In this document: in pieces, positions 8,911 through 17,315 of the stretch
How the letters are laid out: each line of letters starts with the position of its first letter
How positions within the stretch are numbered: the first letter of the stretch is position 1
NCBI GenBank assembly: GCA_963739995.1
Contig: CAVUCH010000018.1
Coordinates: forward strand, 208,922 to 272,921
Direction of reading: 5' to 3'
DNA from: Vicinamibacteria bacterium
GTDB taxonomy: Bacteria; Acidobacteriota; Vicinamibacteria; Vicinamibacterales; JAENWD01
Length of the DNA stretch: 64,000 nt
The notes under the pieces: model-generated
The model's input: only the letters and a program-made list of their open reading frames with translations
Database searches by the model: none
Told to the model about the DNA's origin: nothing
Program-made: the position numbers and the translations under genes

Positions 8911-9714
8911 ATGAAGCGAAGCTTCACGACAGCAGCGGCGACCGCTGCGGTATGGGCGCTGATCGCGGTGCCGGGAAGCGCGCAATCCAGCGGTTCGGGG
9001 ACTGCGGGCTCCGGGAGCAGCCAGCAGGGCGGCACGGCCGGATCGGGTGCCACGGATCAGCAGGGCAGCACGCACGGTCCTCAGGTCGGGTCCGGCAGCA
9101 CAGGCCAGTCCGGCAGCGCTCAGTCTGGCACGAGCGACGAGTCGGGCACCGGGCAGAGCGGGACCCCCGGCTCCACGGGCGACAGTGGGAGCACGCAGGG
9201 CTCGGCGGAAAAGGGGTCCTCACAGGACCGCCCGTTCATCGTTGAAGCCGCCGCCGGCGGCCTGGCCGAAGTCGAGCTGGGGCGGCTCGCGTCGCAGAAG
9301 GCGTCGCGCAGTGAGGTGAAGGAATTCGGCCAGATGATGGTGACCGATCATACCAAGGCCAACGATCAGCTCATGAAGATCGCCCGGGAGAAGGGTCTGG
9401 CGGCGCCGCATGTGCTGAAGCCGGAACACGAGGCCGCGCAGGATCATCTGGCGAAGCTGTCTGGCGAAGCCTTCGATCGTGCGTACATGCAGCACATGGT
9501 GAAGGACCACCAGAAGGACGTCGCGCTCTTCCGCAGGCAGTCGACGGGCGCGTCTGATCCCGACGTGAGGCAGTTCGCGAGCGCGACGCTGCCGACCCTG
9601 CAGAAGCACCTCCAGCGCGCGCAGGAGATCGAGCAGATCGTCGGCGGCACCAGCGGGTCAACCCGGGGAACGTCTGGCAGCTCGCCGGGCGCCGGCGCGA
9701 CGCCGCCCCGGTAG
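8911..9714 (+). CDS. DUF4142 domain protein with a long Gly/Ser/Thr/Gln-rich N-terminal linker
   Basis: AAGGAG lies upstream and there is a signal peptide (AAVWALIAVPGSAQS). About 85 aa of low complexity follow, then two DUF4142-like repeats (FGQMMVTDHTKAN, MQHMVKDHQKD). Confidence 0.8.
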   Translation: MKRSFTTAAATAAVWALIAVPGSAQSSGSGTAGSGSSQQGGTAGSGATDQQGSTHGPQVGSGSTGQSGSAQSGTSDESGTGQSGTPGSTGDSGSTQGSAEKGSSQDRPFIVEAAAGGLAEVELGRLASQKASRSEVKEFGQMMVTDHTKANDQLMKIAREKGLAAPHVLKPEHEAAQDHLAKLSGEAFDRAYMQHMVKDHQKDVALFRRQSTGASDPDVRQFASATLPTLQKHLQRAQEIEQIVGGTSGSTRGTSGSSPGAGATPPR

Positions 9715-9741
9715 GACGCGCCAATGCTGCGTTGAGGGAGC

Positions 9742-9776
9742 ACGCCCGTGCGGGTGGGCCAGGGCCGCACGGGCGT
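9742..9776 (+). terminator. stem-loop downstream of the DUF4142 gene (putative intrinsic terminator)
   Basis: Perfect 12-bp stem ACGCCCGTGCGG / CCGCACGGGCGT with an 11-nt loop, followed by TCTTGT. Confidence 0.5.
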
Positions 9777-9850
9777 TCTTGTCGCTCCACTGCGGTGACG
9801 GATCGGCCCCACGCGCAGCGCAACCTGCGCAGAGTCCACCGTGATCTAAG

Positions 9851-10987
9851 ATGAGCGGCATGAGTGACTCACCCGTCCGTGTTTCCCGTCGCGGCTTCCT
9901 TCAACAGGCCGGTGCCGCCGCGCTCGTCACGCACGCGGCCGCCGGAGCCGCGGCCGCACAGCGTGTCCCCGAGCCTCCGGGCCGGAAGCTTGGCTGGGCG
10001 ATCGTCGGGCTCGGCAGCCTCGCGATCAACCAGATTCTTCCCGCGTTTGCGAAGTGTGAGACGTCGAAGGTGACCGCGCTGGTGTCCGGCAGCCCTGAGA
10101 AGGCGCAGAAGCTTGCCCTCAGATACGGGGTGCCGGAGAAGAACATCTACTCCTACTCGAACTACGACGAGATCCGCGACAACCCCGAGATCGACATCGT
10201 CTATGTGGTGCTCCCGAACAGCATGCATGCGGAGTACACCACCCGGGCGGCGCGCGCAGGCAAGCACGTGTTGTGCGAGAAGCCGATGGCGAACACGCCG
10301 GCCGAGTGCCAGCAGATGATCGACGCCTCGCGCCAGGCGCAGCGCAAGCTGATGGTGGCCTACCGCGTACGCTACGAGCCCTACAACCAGGCGCTGATCA
10401 AGGTGGTCCGCGACAAGGAGTTCGGCCCCCTGAAGGTCGTGCTCTCGGATCACGGTTTCAACATCGGCAACCCGAACCAATGGCGGCTGAAGCGCGCCAT
10501 GGCCGGGGGCGGGTCGCTGATGGACATCGGGATCTACTCGCTGAACGCGGCGCGGTACGTCACGGCTGAGGAGCCGGTCGAGGTCAACGCCATGGAGTAC
10601 ACGACGCCGAACGATCCCCGATTCGGGGAGGTCGAGGAGACGATCAACTTCCAGCTGCGCTTCCCGAGCGGCGTGCTCGCGCAATGCAGCTCCAGTTACG
10701 GGGCGCCATTCAACCGCATCCGGGTTGTCGGGACCAACGGATGGGCCGAACTGGAGCCGGCTACGAGCTACGGCGGACTCCGCATGCGGGCCGGCACGAA
10801 CGCGAAGGTGGAAGACCGCACGCACCCGGTGGTGGACCACTTCGCGAGGGAGATGGACCACCTGTCGCAGTGCGTCATCGACAACACGGAGCCGCTGACC
10901 TCCGGTGAGGAGGGCCTCAAGGACCTCACGGTGATGATGGCCATCTACGAGGCGGCAAAGAGCGGGAAGACGATCAAGCTGTCCTAG
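9851..10987 (+). CDS. TAT-exported Gfo/Idh/MocA oxidoreductase (glucose-fructose oxidoreductase-like)
   Basis: 378-aa ORF with twin-arginine leader SRRGFLQQAGAAAL, Rossmann segment WAIVGLGSLAINQILPAF and EKP motif (HVLCEKPMA). Confidence 0.9.
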   Translation: MSGMSDSPVRVSRRGFLQQAGAAALVTHAAAGAAAAQRVPEPPGRKLGWAIVGLGSLAINQILPAFAKCETSKVTALVSGSPEKAQKLALRYGVPEKNIYSYSNYDEIRDNPEIDIVYVVLPNSMHAEYTTRAARAGKHVLCEKPMANTPAECQQMIDASRQAQRKLMVAYRVRYEPYNQALIKVVRDKEFGPLKVVLSDHGFNIGNPNQWRLKRAMAGGGSLMDIGIYSLNAARYVTAEEPVEVNAMEYTTPNDPRFGEVEETINFQLRFPSGVLAQCSSSYGAPFNRIRVVGTNGWAELEPATSYGGLRMRAGTNAKVEDRTHPVVDHFAREMDHLSQCVIDNTEPLTSGEEGLKDLTVMMAIYEAAKSGKTIKLS

Positions 10988-11149
10988 TGTCCCGGCCGCG
11001 TGATTCGTGGCGTAAATCCCGGAGCGCGGCGCCCGGATGGCAAGGCGCGAAGAGCGAGCTTATTGGGCATAAGTGAGTGATGAGCAACGCAGCCAGCCGG
11101 GATGCCCCGCCCGGGAGTTATGTCGCGAATCACGCGGCCGGGACACTAG
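10984..11149. mobile_element. 166-bp MITE-like / long-hairpin element with perfect 24-bp terminal inverted repeats
   Basis: CTAGTGTCCCGGCCGCGTGATTCG (10984-11007) is the exact reverse complement of 11126-11149. The arms extend imperfectly to about 39 bp. The TAG stop of the upstream gene lies inside the left arm. Confidence 0.5.
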
Positions 11150-11233
11150 CAGCCTGGTGAAAGGCCGGCTGCATTCGGCGAGAGCGGCTCACGCAAGATG
11201 TGGCGCCGGAACTTCAGTTCCGGCGGGATCGCA

Positions 11234-12223
11234 TCACCGCGCGCCCACCGTCATGCGCATCCGGTATACGCGCGAGCGCGCCGTGATGTAGAGCGTCTTC
11301 CCGTCCGCATCGCCGAACGTGCACGCTGCTGGCGCCTCCGGGGTCGGGATGACGCCGAGCCGGCCCCCTTTCGGATCGAACACCCACACGCCGCCGGGAC
11401 CGGTGACGAGCACGTGCCCCTGGGCCGCCACGACGAGACCGTCCGGGACTCCCTGCACGCCCGCCTTCCACGGCCGCATGGTGGCAAGCACCCGCCCTTC
11501 ATCCACAGTGCCGTCGTCGCGAATCGCGAATGCCCGGAACTCCGCCCGATCGCTGTCTGTCACATAGAGCGTGCGCCGGTCAGGCGACAGGCCAATTCCG
11601 TTCGGCCGGACCATGTCACGCACGAGCAGGCGAAGGCGCCCATCCGGGTCAAGCCGGTAGACGCCCTGGAAAGCCAGTTCCTTCCCTTCTACCTGCCGCG
11701 GCAGACCGTAGGGCGGGTCGGTGAAGAACAGGGTGTCGTCGCGCGTGACGACGAAGTCGTTTGGGCTGTTCAGGCGCTTACCCTCGAAGCGATCCACGAC
11801 GGTCACGATGGAGCCGTCGGGCTCCGTCCGCGAGATGCGCCGGTTCTTGTGCTCGGTCGCGAGCAGGCGGCCTTGACGGTCCAATCCGAGTGCAGTAGCC
11901 GCGCCACTGGGCTCGCGGAAGACGGTCACCGTCGCCGATGCGGGATCCCACTTGTGCAGCCGGTCGCGAGGAGAGTCCGCGAAGAGAAGATAGCCACCAG
12001 GGTGCCACAGCGGGCCCTCGGCGTACGCGTATCCGTCGGCAACGCTCGCGACTTCACGATCCGCGAGCAGCCGGATGAGCGCCGGTGTGGTCGGCGCACC
12101 CTCGGGAGGCGGGGGCACCTGGATCGCGAGGAGGGACGCAGCCGCACACGCGCATGCACAGAGGATCGATGCCGATGCCACGGCCGTACGGGAGGCGTAG
12201 ACGACGCGAATCACTCGGGACAT
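11234..12223 (-). CDS. SMP-30/gluconolactonase/LRE family protein (secreted lactonase-like beta-propeller)
   Basis: Start taken at the ATG at 12223 (MSRVIRV..., hydrophobic leader). Motifs EGPLWHP, PNGIGLSPD and PDGLVVAAQG are typical of the family. The longer tracked ORF start would overlap the upstream gene. Confidence 0.85.
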   Translation of the reverse strand: MSRVIRVVYASRTAVASASILCACACAAASLLAIQVPPPPEGAPTTPALIRLLADREVASVADGYAYAEGPLWHPGGYLLFADSPRDRLHKWDPASATVTVFREPSGAATALGLDRQGRLLATEHKNRRISRTEPDGSIVTVVDRFEGKRLNSPNDFVVTRDDTLFFTDPPYGLPRQVEGKELAFQGVYRLDPDGRLRLLVRDMVRPNGIGLSPDRRTLYVTDSDRAEFRAFAIRDDGTVDEGRVLATMRPWKAGVQGVPDGLVVAAQGHVLVTGPGGVWVFDPKGGRLGVIPTPEAPAACTFGDADGKTLYITARSRVYRMRMTVGAR

Positions 12224-12275
12224 GTATGACCTCGTGACGTGATGCGAAAGCATCCAGCAATCACGCGGCGATCGG

Positions 12276-13247
12276 CTACTTCGTCCCGGCCACGAGCGGC
12301 TGAAGGGCGGCATCGAGCGACGCTTCCGTGGTGCCTGCACTCACACCCTTGAACAGGGACCACCGCTCCTCGTGAACCGCGGCGGCCCCCGACGGCACCT
12401 TGCGGAGCGGCCCCAGCGTCTCGAGCTCGATGAAGTTCCCGGCGGTGTACGTCTCTGTGTTGACGCCGAAGTCGGGGTACGAGGCGGTGTCGTCCCAGTC
12501 CACGCGCTTGACGAAGAACGTGTCGTTCCGGAGGTAGCCCGCCCAGCCACGCCGGTTGGCCACTCCGATCTTCTGCGGGGCGTTCATGCCAGCGTCGGTG
12601 CGCAGCCGGATGTACTTGCTGCCGAGGGTCCACCGTGGATCCGACAGGTCCGTGTAGGCCCAGGTTGCGAGCGCACGGGTCGGGAGCAGCGCCTCGTCGT
12701 GCGACTTGTAGGGCTCGTTGGGAATGATCACCGTCCCTCCGCCGTTCATGATCGTCAGCGCCCAGGCCGAGAGATCGAGGGTCCAAGGAGTGTCGTTCGT
12801 GAGCCGGTGTCCGATTGTGACGCCGGTGCCCGTCTCGTCGAGCGTCACTGTCATTTGCTTCTGGAGGCCGGCGGCGTCGCGCGGCTGCGCCAGCGTGACG
12901 CGGTTCCCGGTCACCTGCGCCTGCACCGGACCGTTGTCCGGTCCGTAGCTGCCGGGCATGCTCTCGGGCGCGGCCCAGAGGCGGTGTCCGCCCCAGGGCT
13001 TCCATTCGCCGAGCGCGGTTGTTGTCGCGGCCGTGGCGGCGAGCTCCGCGAGGATGTTCTCTCCGCCGATGAACGCATACCGGATGATTCGCGGGCCGAT
13101 GCCCGTGGTGACGACCAGGTCGACGGTGCCGTTCGACAGCTTCAGAGCGTCGTGGCCCTGCCAGGTCGTCTTGTCCACGCGGACCTGCGCGTCGAGCGGC
13201 GCCGCGCAGAGCAGCAGGAGGAGCAACAATAGGCGGTGACGGCGCAT
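12276..13247 (-). CDS. secreted hypothetical protein (possibly DUF4380 / mutarotase-like beta-sandwich)
   Basis: Start taken at MRRHRLLLLLLLLCAAPLDAQ (signal peptide). The WGGHRLWAAPE segment resembles DUF4380-type proteins. It sits inside the sugar-oxidation operon. Confidence 0.7.
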   Translation of the reverse strand: MRRHRLLLLLLLLCAAPLDAQVRVDKTTWQGHDALKLSNGTVDLVVTTGIGPRIIRYAFIGGENILAELAATAATTTALGEWKPWGGHRLWAAPESMPGSYGPDNGPVQAQVTGNRVTLAQPRDAAGLQKQMTVTLDETGTGVTIGHRLTNDTPWTLDLSAWALTIMNGGGTVIIPNEPYKSHDEALLPTRALATWAYTDLSDPRWTLGSKYIRLRTDAGMNAPQKIGVANRRGWAGYLRNDTFFVKRVDWDDTASYPDFGVNTETYTAGNFIELETLGPLRKVPSGAAAVHEERWSLFKGVSAGTTEASLDAALQPLVAGTK

Positions 13248-13399
13248 GGCGGCGAGCTCCTGACAGTGCTGGTGCGAGGGTGCGATCAGGTGCGCCTGGT
13301 GCGGCCGCGGGCACCTCACAGCGTGCCTGCTGCAAACGCTTGCTGGCACGCATCGCACCGCTCAACTCCTCCGCACCCCTCCCGCACGTGAAGTGTCTG

Positions 13400-14275
13400 C
13401 TACACGTCGCAGAGCGCGACCGCTTCGCGAAGCGAGGCCATGGGATCGCGGGTCGGGATGAACTCGTGGGCGAAGTACCCTGTGTACCCCGTATCCAGAA
13501 TCCCCTTGACGATCGCCGGCCACTGCAGTTCCTGGGTGGGATCGAGCTCATGGCGCCCGGGCACGCCGCCGGTGTGGTAGTGCGCGAACCACTCCTTGTT
13601 CTGCTGGATGGTGCGGATGATGTCACCCTCCATGATTTGCATGTGGTAGATGTCGTACAAGAGTCTTACCCGGGGTGAATTGACCGCTTTCACGACCTTC
13701 ACGCCAAACGCCGTGTGGTCACCCTGGTAATCGGCGTGATCCACCTTGCTGTTGAGCAACTCGACCACGATCGTGACACCGTTCGCTTCGGCGACCGGTG
13801 CGAGGCGGCCGAGCACGGCAATGCAGTTGTCCGCCGCCTCGCTTTCGGCCATGCCTCGCCGGTTGCCGAAGAACGTGATCAGGTTCGGCACGCCCATCTG
13901 CTTGGCCTTCGGCAGCACGCCCTCGAACGTCTTCACGATCGTGTCGTGCAGCGCGCGGTTGTTCAGACCGTCGGGGATCGAGCCGCCACCCTGTCCCGGG
14001 AACCCCGTCGAGCAGATCAACCCGTGCTTCGCCGCGACCTCCCACTCTTCGGGCTGCAGGAGATCGATCGCCTGAAGTCCCATGCCCGCCACGCTGCGAC
14101 AGAGATCCTCGAGCGGAATTTTCGCGTAGCACCACCGGCACACCGACTGTCGCAGGCGGCCAAGCTTCACCGCCTTCTCCTGCGTCGGTGCGCTCGCGCC
14201 ACCAGCGCCCAACGTCGAGCCCATGGCCACGGCACCTGCGGTGGTGAGCGCCTCACGTCGTGTCATTCGGGTCAT
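13400..14275 (-). CDS. TAT-exported TIM-barrel protein (hydroxypyruvate isomerase / sugar phosphate isomerase family)
   Basis: Leader MTRMTRREALTTAGAVAMG, with segments NGVTIVVELLN and FAHYHTGG. The start could also be 14290 or 14266. The 587-aa tracked ORF is an artefactual upstream extension. Confidence 0.85.
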   Translation of the reverse strand: MTRMTRREALTTAGAVAMGSTLGAGGASAPTQEKAVKLGRLRQSVCRWCYAKIPLEDLCRSVAGMGLQAIDLLQPEEWEVAAKHGLICSTGFPGQGGGSIPDGLNNRALHDTIVKTFEGVLPKAKQMGVPNLITFFGNRRGMAESEAADNCIAVLGRLAPVAEANGVTIVVELLNSKVDHADYQGDHTAFGVKVVKAVNSPRVRLLYDIYHMQIMEGDIIRTIQQNKEWFAHYHTGGVPGRHELDPTQELQWPAIVKGILDTGYTGYFAHEFIPTRDPMASLREAVALCDV

Positions 14276-14319
14276 CGGTTCATCCCTCATTGTCGGCTTT
14301 CGGTTGTCTGGAGGAAGGC

Positions 14320-14955
14320 TCACACGCTCTTCAGTCCCAGGTGCGCCAGTGCTTCCGGCGGGCATCCATCCCAGTTCGGGTAGGCCACGTTGCCTATGTA
14401 CTTCAGGTCCTCGACGCCGAGCTTCGACGACCAGAACCCTGAGGCGGTGAGGTCGCGGAAGCTGCTGAAGAAGGCGACTCCCTGGCTGATGGCGGGGTTG
14501 CCCTCCACGCGCTCCGGCCAGGCGATGGCCTCGAGGACTTCCGTCCGCTCGGCCGCGGTGCAGCCGACGAAGGTCTTGTCGAACCGCCGGCGGCACTCGC
14601 CGTCGAGCCACCGGAGGCCGCCCCGCATGGCGGTCTGGCGGCGGGCGCGTTCCGCATCGCCGCTGACGCCCGGCATCAGCATTACGAAATCCATGAACTC
14701 CGGCACGGCTGCGTCGGTGGCGCTTCCCGAGCGCTCGTCCTTCGGGATGATGAGATCGACCAGGACGCGGACCGTCGCCCACTCGTGCGGCGTGAAGAAC
14801 CCGGGCTTGAAGGCGGATTTGGTCTTGGCCGTCGCCTTTCGCGCCTGCGTCACGGCCTGATGGGCGTGCTCCGCTTCGGCGGGCGTCCACGTGAACCCGA
14901 CGGCGGCGGGGACCGCGCTCAGAGCTTTCAGCGCATTCCGTCTCGAGATGGCCAT
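14320..14955 (-). CDS. gluconate 2-dehydrogenase subunit 3 family protein (TAT leader)
   Basis: 211-aa ORF with leader ISRRNALKALSAVPAAV. It sits 3 nt downstream of the GMC flavoprotein gene and is a paralogue of the ORF at 2611-3213. Confidence 0.85.
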   Translation of the reverse strand: MAISRRNALKALSAVPAAVGFTWTPAEAEHAHQAVTQARKATAKTKSAFKPGFFTPHEWATVRVLVDLIIPKDERSGSATDAAVPEFMDFVMLMPGVSGDAERARRQTAMRGGLRWLDGECRRRFDKTFVGCTAAERTEVLEAIAWPERVEGNPAISQGVAFFSSFRDLTASGFWSSKLGVEDLKYIGNVAYPNWDGCPPEALAHLGLKSV

Positions 14956-14958
14956 GAC

Positions 14959-16665
14959 CTAGATGCTCCCCTGCTTGCGCTGTTCGGCGATGTACTCGCT
15001 CGTCCGCATCGCGAGCGCCAGGATCGTCCACGTGGCGTTCTTGTCGGCCTGTGAGACGAACGGACCGCCGTCGCAGACGAACACGTTCTTCGCCTCGTGC
15101 GCCTGGCACCACTCGTTCAGCACCGACGCGTTCGGATTCTTGCCCATGCGCGTCGAACCGCACTCATGGATGATCCGGCCGCCCGGCTCGAGGCCGTAGT
15201 CCTCCTCAGCGGAGGGCAGCGGCGACATGGCCGTGCCGCCCATCTCCGCGATGATGGATCGGAAGGTCTCCTGCATGTGTTTCGCCTGCTTCCGCTCGTG
15301 GTCGCTCCACTTGAAGTGGAAGCGCAGCACTGGAATTCCGTACTTGTCGACGACGTTCGGATCAATCTCGCAGTAGGTGTCCTCGTTCGGAACCTGCTCG
15401 CCACGACCGGCGAAGCCCACCGTCGCGCCGTAGTACCGGCGGTAATCGTCCTTCAACGCCTTGCCGTAACCTCCGCCGCCCGGGAACTGCTGGATGCCGC
15501 CGCCGAAGCCGTAGCTGGGCATGCCGCGGCCACCCCAGATCTCGATGTGATACCCCCGGGGGAAATCCAGCTTGCGGTTGTCGGCCCACCACGGCATGTA
15601 GAGATGCATGCCGCCGGTGCCGTCCTCGTTGTGCGGGGGCATGCCCACGAACTTCGGGATGAAACCACGCACCGAGAGACCCGTGGAGTCGGTCAGGAAC
15701 TTGCCGAGCGTTCCGCTCGAATTCGACAGCCCGTTCGGGTGCCGCGCCGACTTCGAGTTGAGCAGGATCCGCGTGGTTTCGCACGTGCTCGCCGCCACGA
15801 CGACGATGCGTGCCCGCACATGGTGTTCGGAGCCGTCGGCCGTGTTGATGTAGGTGACGCCGGTCGCCTTCCCCGTGTCGTCGGTCGTCACGTCACGCGC
15901 CATCGCGCCGGTGATCAGCGTCATCCGGCCCGTGGCCATCGCCGGCGGCAGCAGCACGGAGGTGGATGAGAAGTTCGAGTGCGTGGAGCACCCGCGCCCG
16001 CACTGGCCGCAATAGTGACATTGCGCGCGGCCGTTGTGGGCCTGAGTGAGAATCGACATCCGCGAGGGGACACACGGAATGTTCAGCCGCTCCGACGCCT
16101 GCTGAATGGCGAGCTCATAGCAGCGTGGCTTGGGCGGCGGCTGGAAAATACCATCCGGCTCGTTCGGCAGGTTGCGCTCGGTCGCGAAGTTCGTCCCGAA
16201 TATCCCGACCAGCCGATCGAGCTTGTCGTAGTACGGCTTCAGATCGTCGTACGTGAAGGGCCAGTCGTCGCCCAGACCATCGACGCTCTTCCGCCGGAAG
16301 TCGTCGGGACCCCACCGCAGCGAAATCCTGCCCCAATGGTTCGTTCGACCGCCGAGCATCCGCGCCCGGTACCAGTGCCATTGCTGCCCGGGCGCGACGG
16401 TGTAGGGCTCGCCCTCGAGCTGCCAGCCGCCGATGCAGCCGTCGAACTCCCCGAAATGGCGCTCGGGCGTCGCCGCACCCCGCCGCGGCGACTCGTAGGG
16501 CCAGGTGAACATCGCCGAATCGGTGGCCGAATCCCACTTCGGACCCGCCTCGAGGACGGCGACCCGCGCGCCTGCCTCGGTGAGCACCTTCGCGGCCATG
16601 CCTCCGCCGGCGCCCGAGCCCACGATGCACACGTCGTAAGAGTCAGAAGTGCGGATGATCTGCAT
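14959..16665 (-). CDS. GMC family oxidoreductase (FAD flavoprotein subunit)
   Basis: Start at MQIIRTSDSYDVCIVGSGAGGG (FAD-binding GxGxxG). A GMC-like C-terminal region contains HECGSTRMG. Confidence 0.9.
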   Translation of the reverse strand: MQIIRTSDSYDVCIVGSGAGGGMAAKVLTEAGARVAVLEAGPKWDSATDSAMFTWPYESPRRGAATPERHFGEFDGCIGGWQLEGEPYTVAPGQQWHWYRARMLGGRTNHWGRISLRWGPDDFRRKSVDGLGDDWPFTYDDLKPYYDKLDRLVGIFGTNFATERNLPNEPDGIFQPPPKPRCYELAIQQASERLNIPCVPSRMSILTQAHNGRAQCHYCGQCGRGCSTHSNFSSTSVLLPPAMATGRMTLITGAMARDVTTDDTGKATGVTYINTADGSEHHVRARIVVVAASTCETTRILLNSKSARHPNGLSNSSGTLGKFLTDSTGLSVRGFIPKFVGMPPHNEDGTGGMHLYMPWWADNRKLDFPRGYHIEIWGGRGMPSYGFGGGIQQFPGGGGYGKALKDDYRRYYGATVGFAGRGEQVPNEDTYCEIDPNVVDKYGIPVLRFHFKWSDHERKQAKHMQETFRSIIAEMGGTAMSPLPSAEEDYGLEPGGRIIHECGSTRMGKNPNASVLNEWCQAHEAKNVFVCDGGPFVSQADKNATWTILALAMRTSEYIAEQRKQGSI

Positions 16666-16928
16666 GAAAGAAGGGATCTCCAGAGGGCGCGACCCGCGCC
16701 CGCGGCACACGGCGCCCCCTCAGCGCCAGGGATGGTCGGCCAAGTGCAGGGATTCTAAGCCGAGCGCCAGGGAGGCGCAAGGAGACGCCCGCGGTCGGTC
16801 ACCGCCGCGTCATGCACTATGCACAATCCACCAGGGAACCGCAGGCCGGTCCGGAGCTTGGGTTACAACATACCCGAGCAGTGAGTCCGAGGCGTGCCCA
16901 GGCGAGCCGCGTTGATCCGGGGATTTTC

Positions 16929-16965
16929 TGCATCTTGCATTGTGCATCGTGCAGTGCATTGCACG
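16929..16965. repeat. TGCA-rich short tandem array containing a 16-bp near-palindrome
   Basis: The sequence is CTGCATCTTGCATTGTGCATCGTGCAGTGCATTGCAC. GTGCAGTGCATTGCAC (16949-16964) is 14/16 self-complementary. An inverted partner TGCACTATGCACAA lies at 16813-16826. Confidence 0.5.
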
Positions 16966-17019
16966 GGTGCCGCCCCGTCGCCCTACTTGACCCCCTTGGG
17001 CAGTCGGAGTAGTCTTTTT

Positions 17020-17038
17020 GAGACTGATTCTCAGTTTC
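17020..17038. promoter_or_regulatory. Fur-box-like 19-bp palindrome upstream of feoAB
   Basis: GAGACTGATTCTCAGTTTC matches the enterobacterial Fur consensus GATAATGATAATCATTATC at 13/19 positions by hand and is itself 14/19 self-complementary. It lies 32 bp upstream of the feoA ATG. Confidence 0.45.
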
Positions 17039-17056
17039 ATTTGCCACCGCTATCCT
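17028..17056 (+). promoter_or_regulatory. candidate sigma70-type promoter of feoAB (TTCTCA-N17-TATCCT)
   Basis: The hexamers have 17-bp spacing, and the -35 element is embedded in the Fur-box-like palindrome. An alternative is TTGACC (16987-16992)-N17-TAGTCT (17010-17015). Confidence 0.3.
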
Positions 17057-17069
17057 CGCGATCGTACAG

Positions 17070-17315
17070 ATGCCAGCTCTAGCCAAATCGCTTGCCGGTG
17101 TTCCCCTCGGTACTTCCGCGGTCGTCCGTCGCGTTGGCAACGGACGGCCAATTGCCCGTCGCCTGATGGAGCTCGGGCTGGTCCCCGGGACGCGCGTGAC
17201 GGTCACCCGGGTGGCGCCGCTCGGGGATCCTCTCGAATTGCGCGTCCGGAACTACGCGCTGTCGATCCGCCGCAGCGAGGCGCTCGGTATCGAAGTGGAC
17301 GAGACAGTGGTGTGA
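17070..17315 (+). CDS. feoA: ferrous iron transport protein FeoA
   Basis: 81-aa ORF. The SH3-like FeoA pattern RRLMELGLVPGTRVTV...PLGDPLEL is present, immediately upstream of feoB. Confidence 0.85.
   Translation: MPALAKSLAGVPLGTSAVVRRVGNGRPIARRLMELGLVPGTRVTVTRVAPLGDPLELRVRNYALSIRRSEALGIEVDETVV

Noticed and set aside
11073-11291. 72-aa ORF starting inside the inverted-repeat element
   Set aside because: It begins in the element interior and runs antisense into the lactonase gene. It has no RBS, and its Arg/Ser/Ala-rich composition looks non-coding.
14291-15163. Upstream extension of the TIM-barrel ORF (tracked as 13400-15163, 587 aa)
   Set aside because: The extension overlaps the subunit-3 gene and the 3' end of the GMC gene on the same strand in other frames. 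It has Arg/Gly-rich composition. The TAT leader at 14275 marks the real start.
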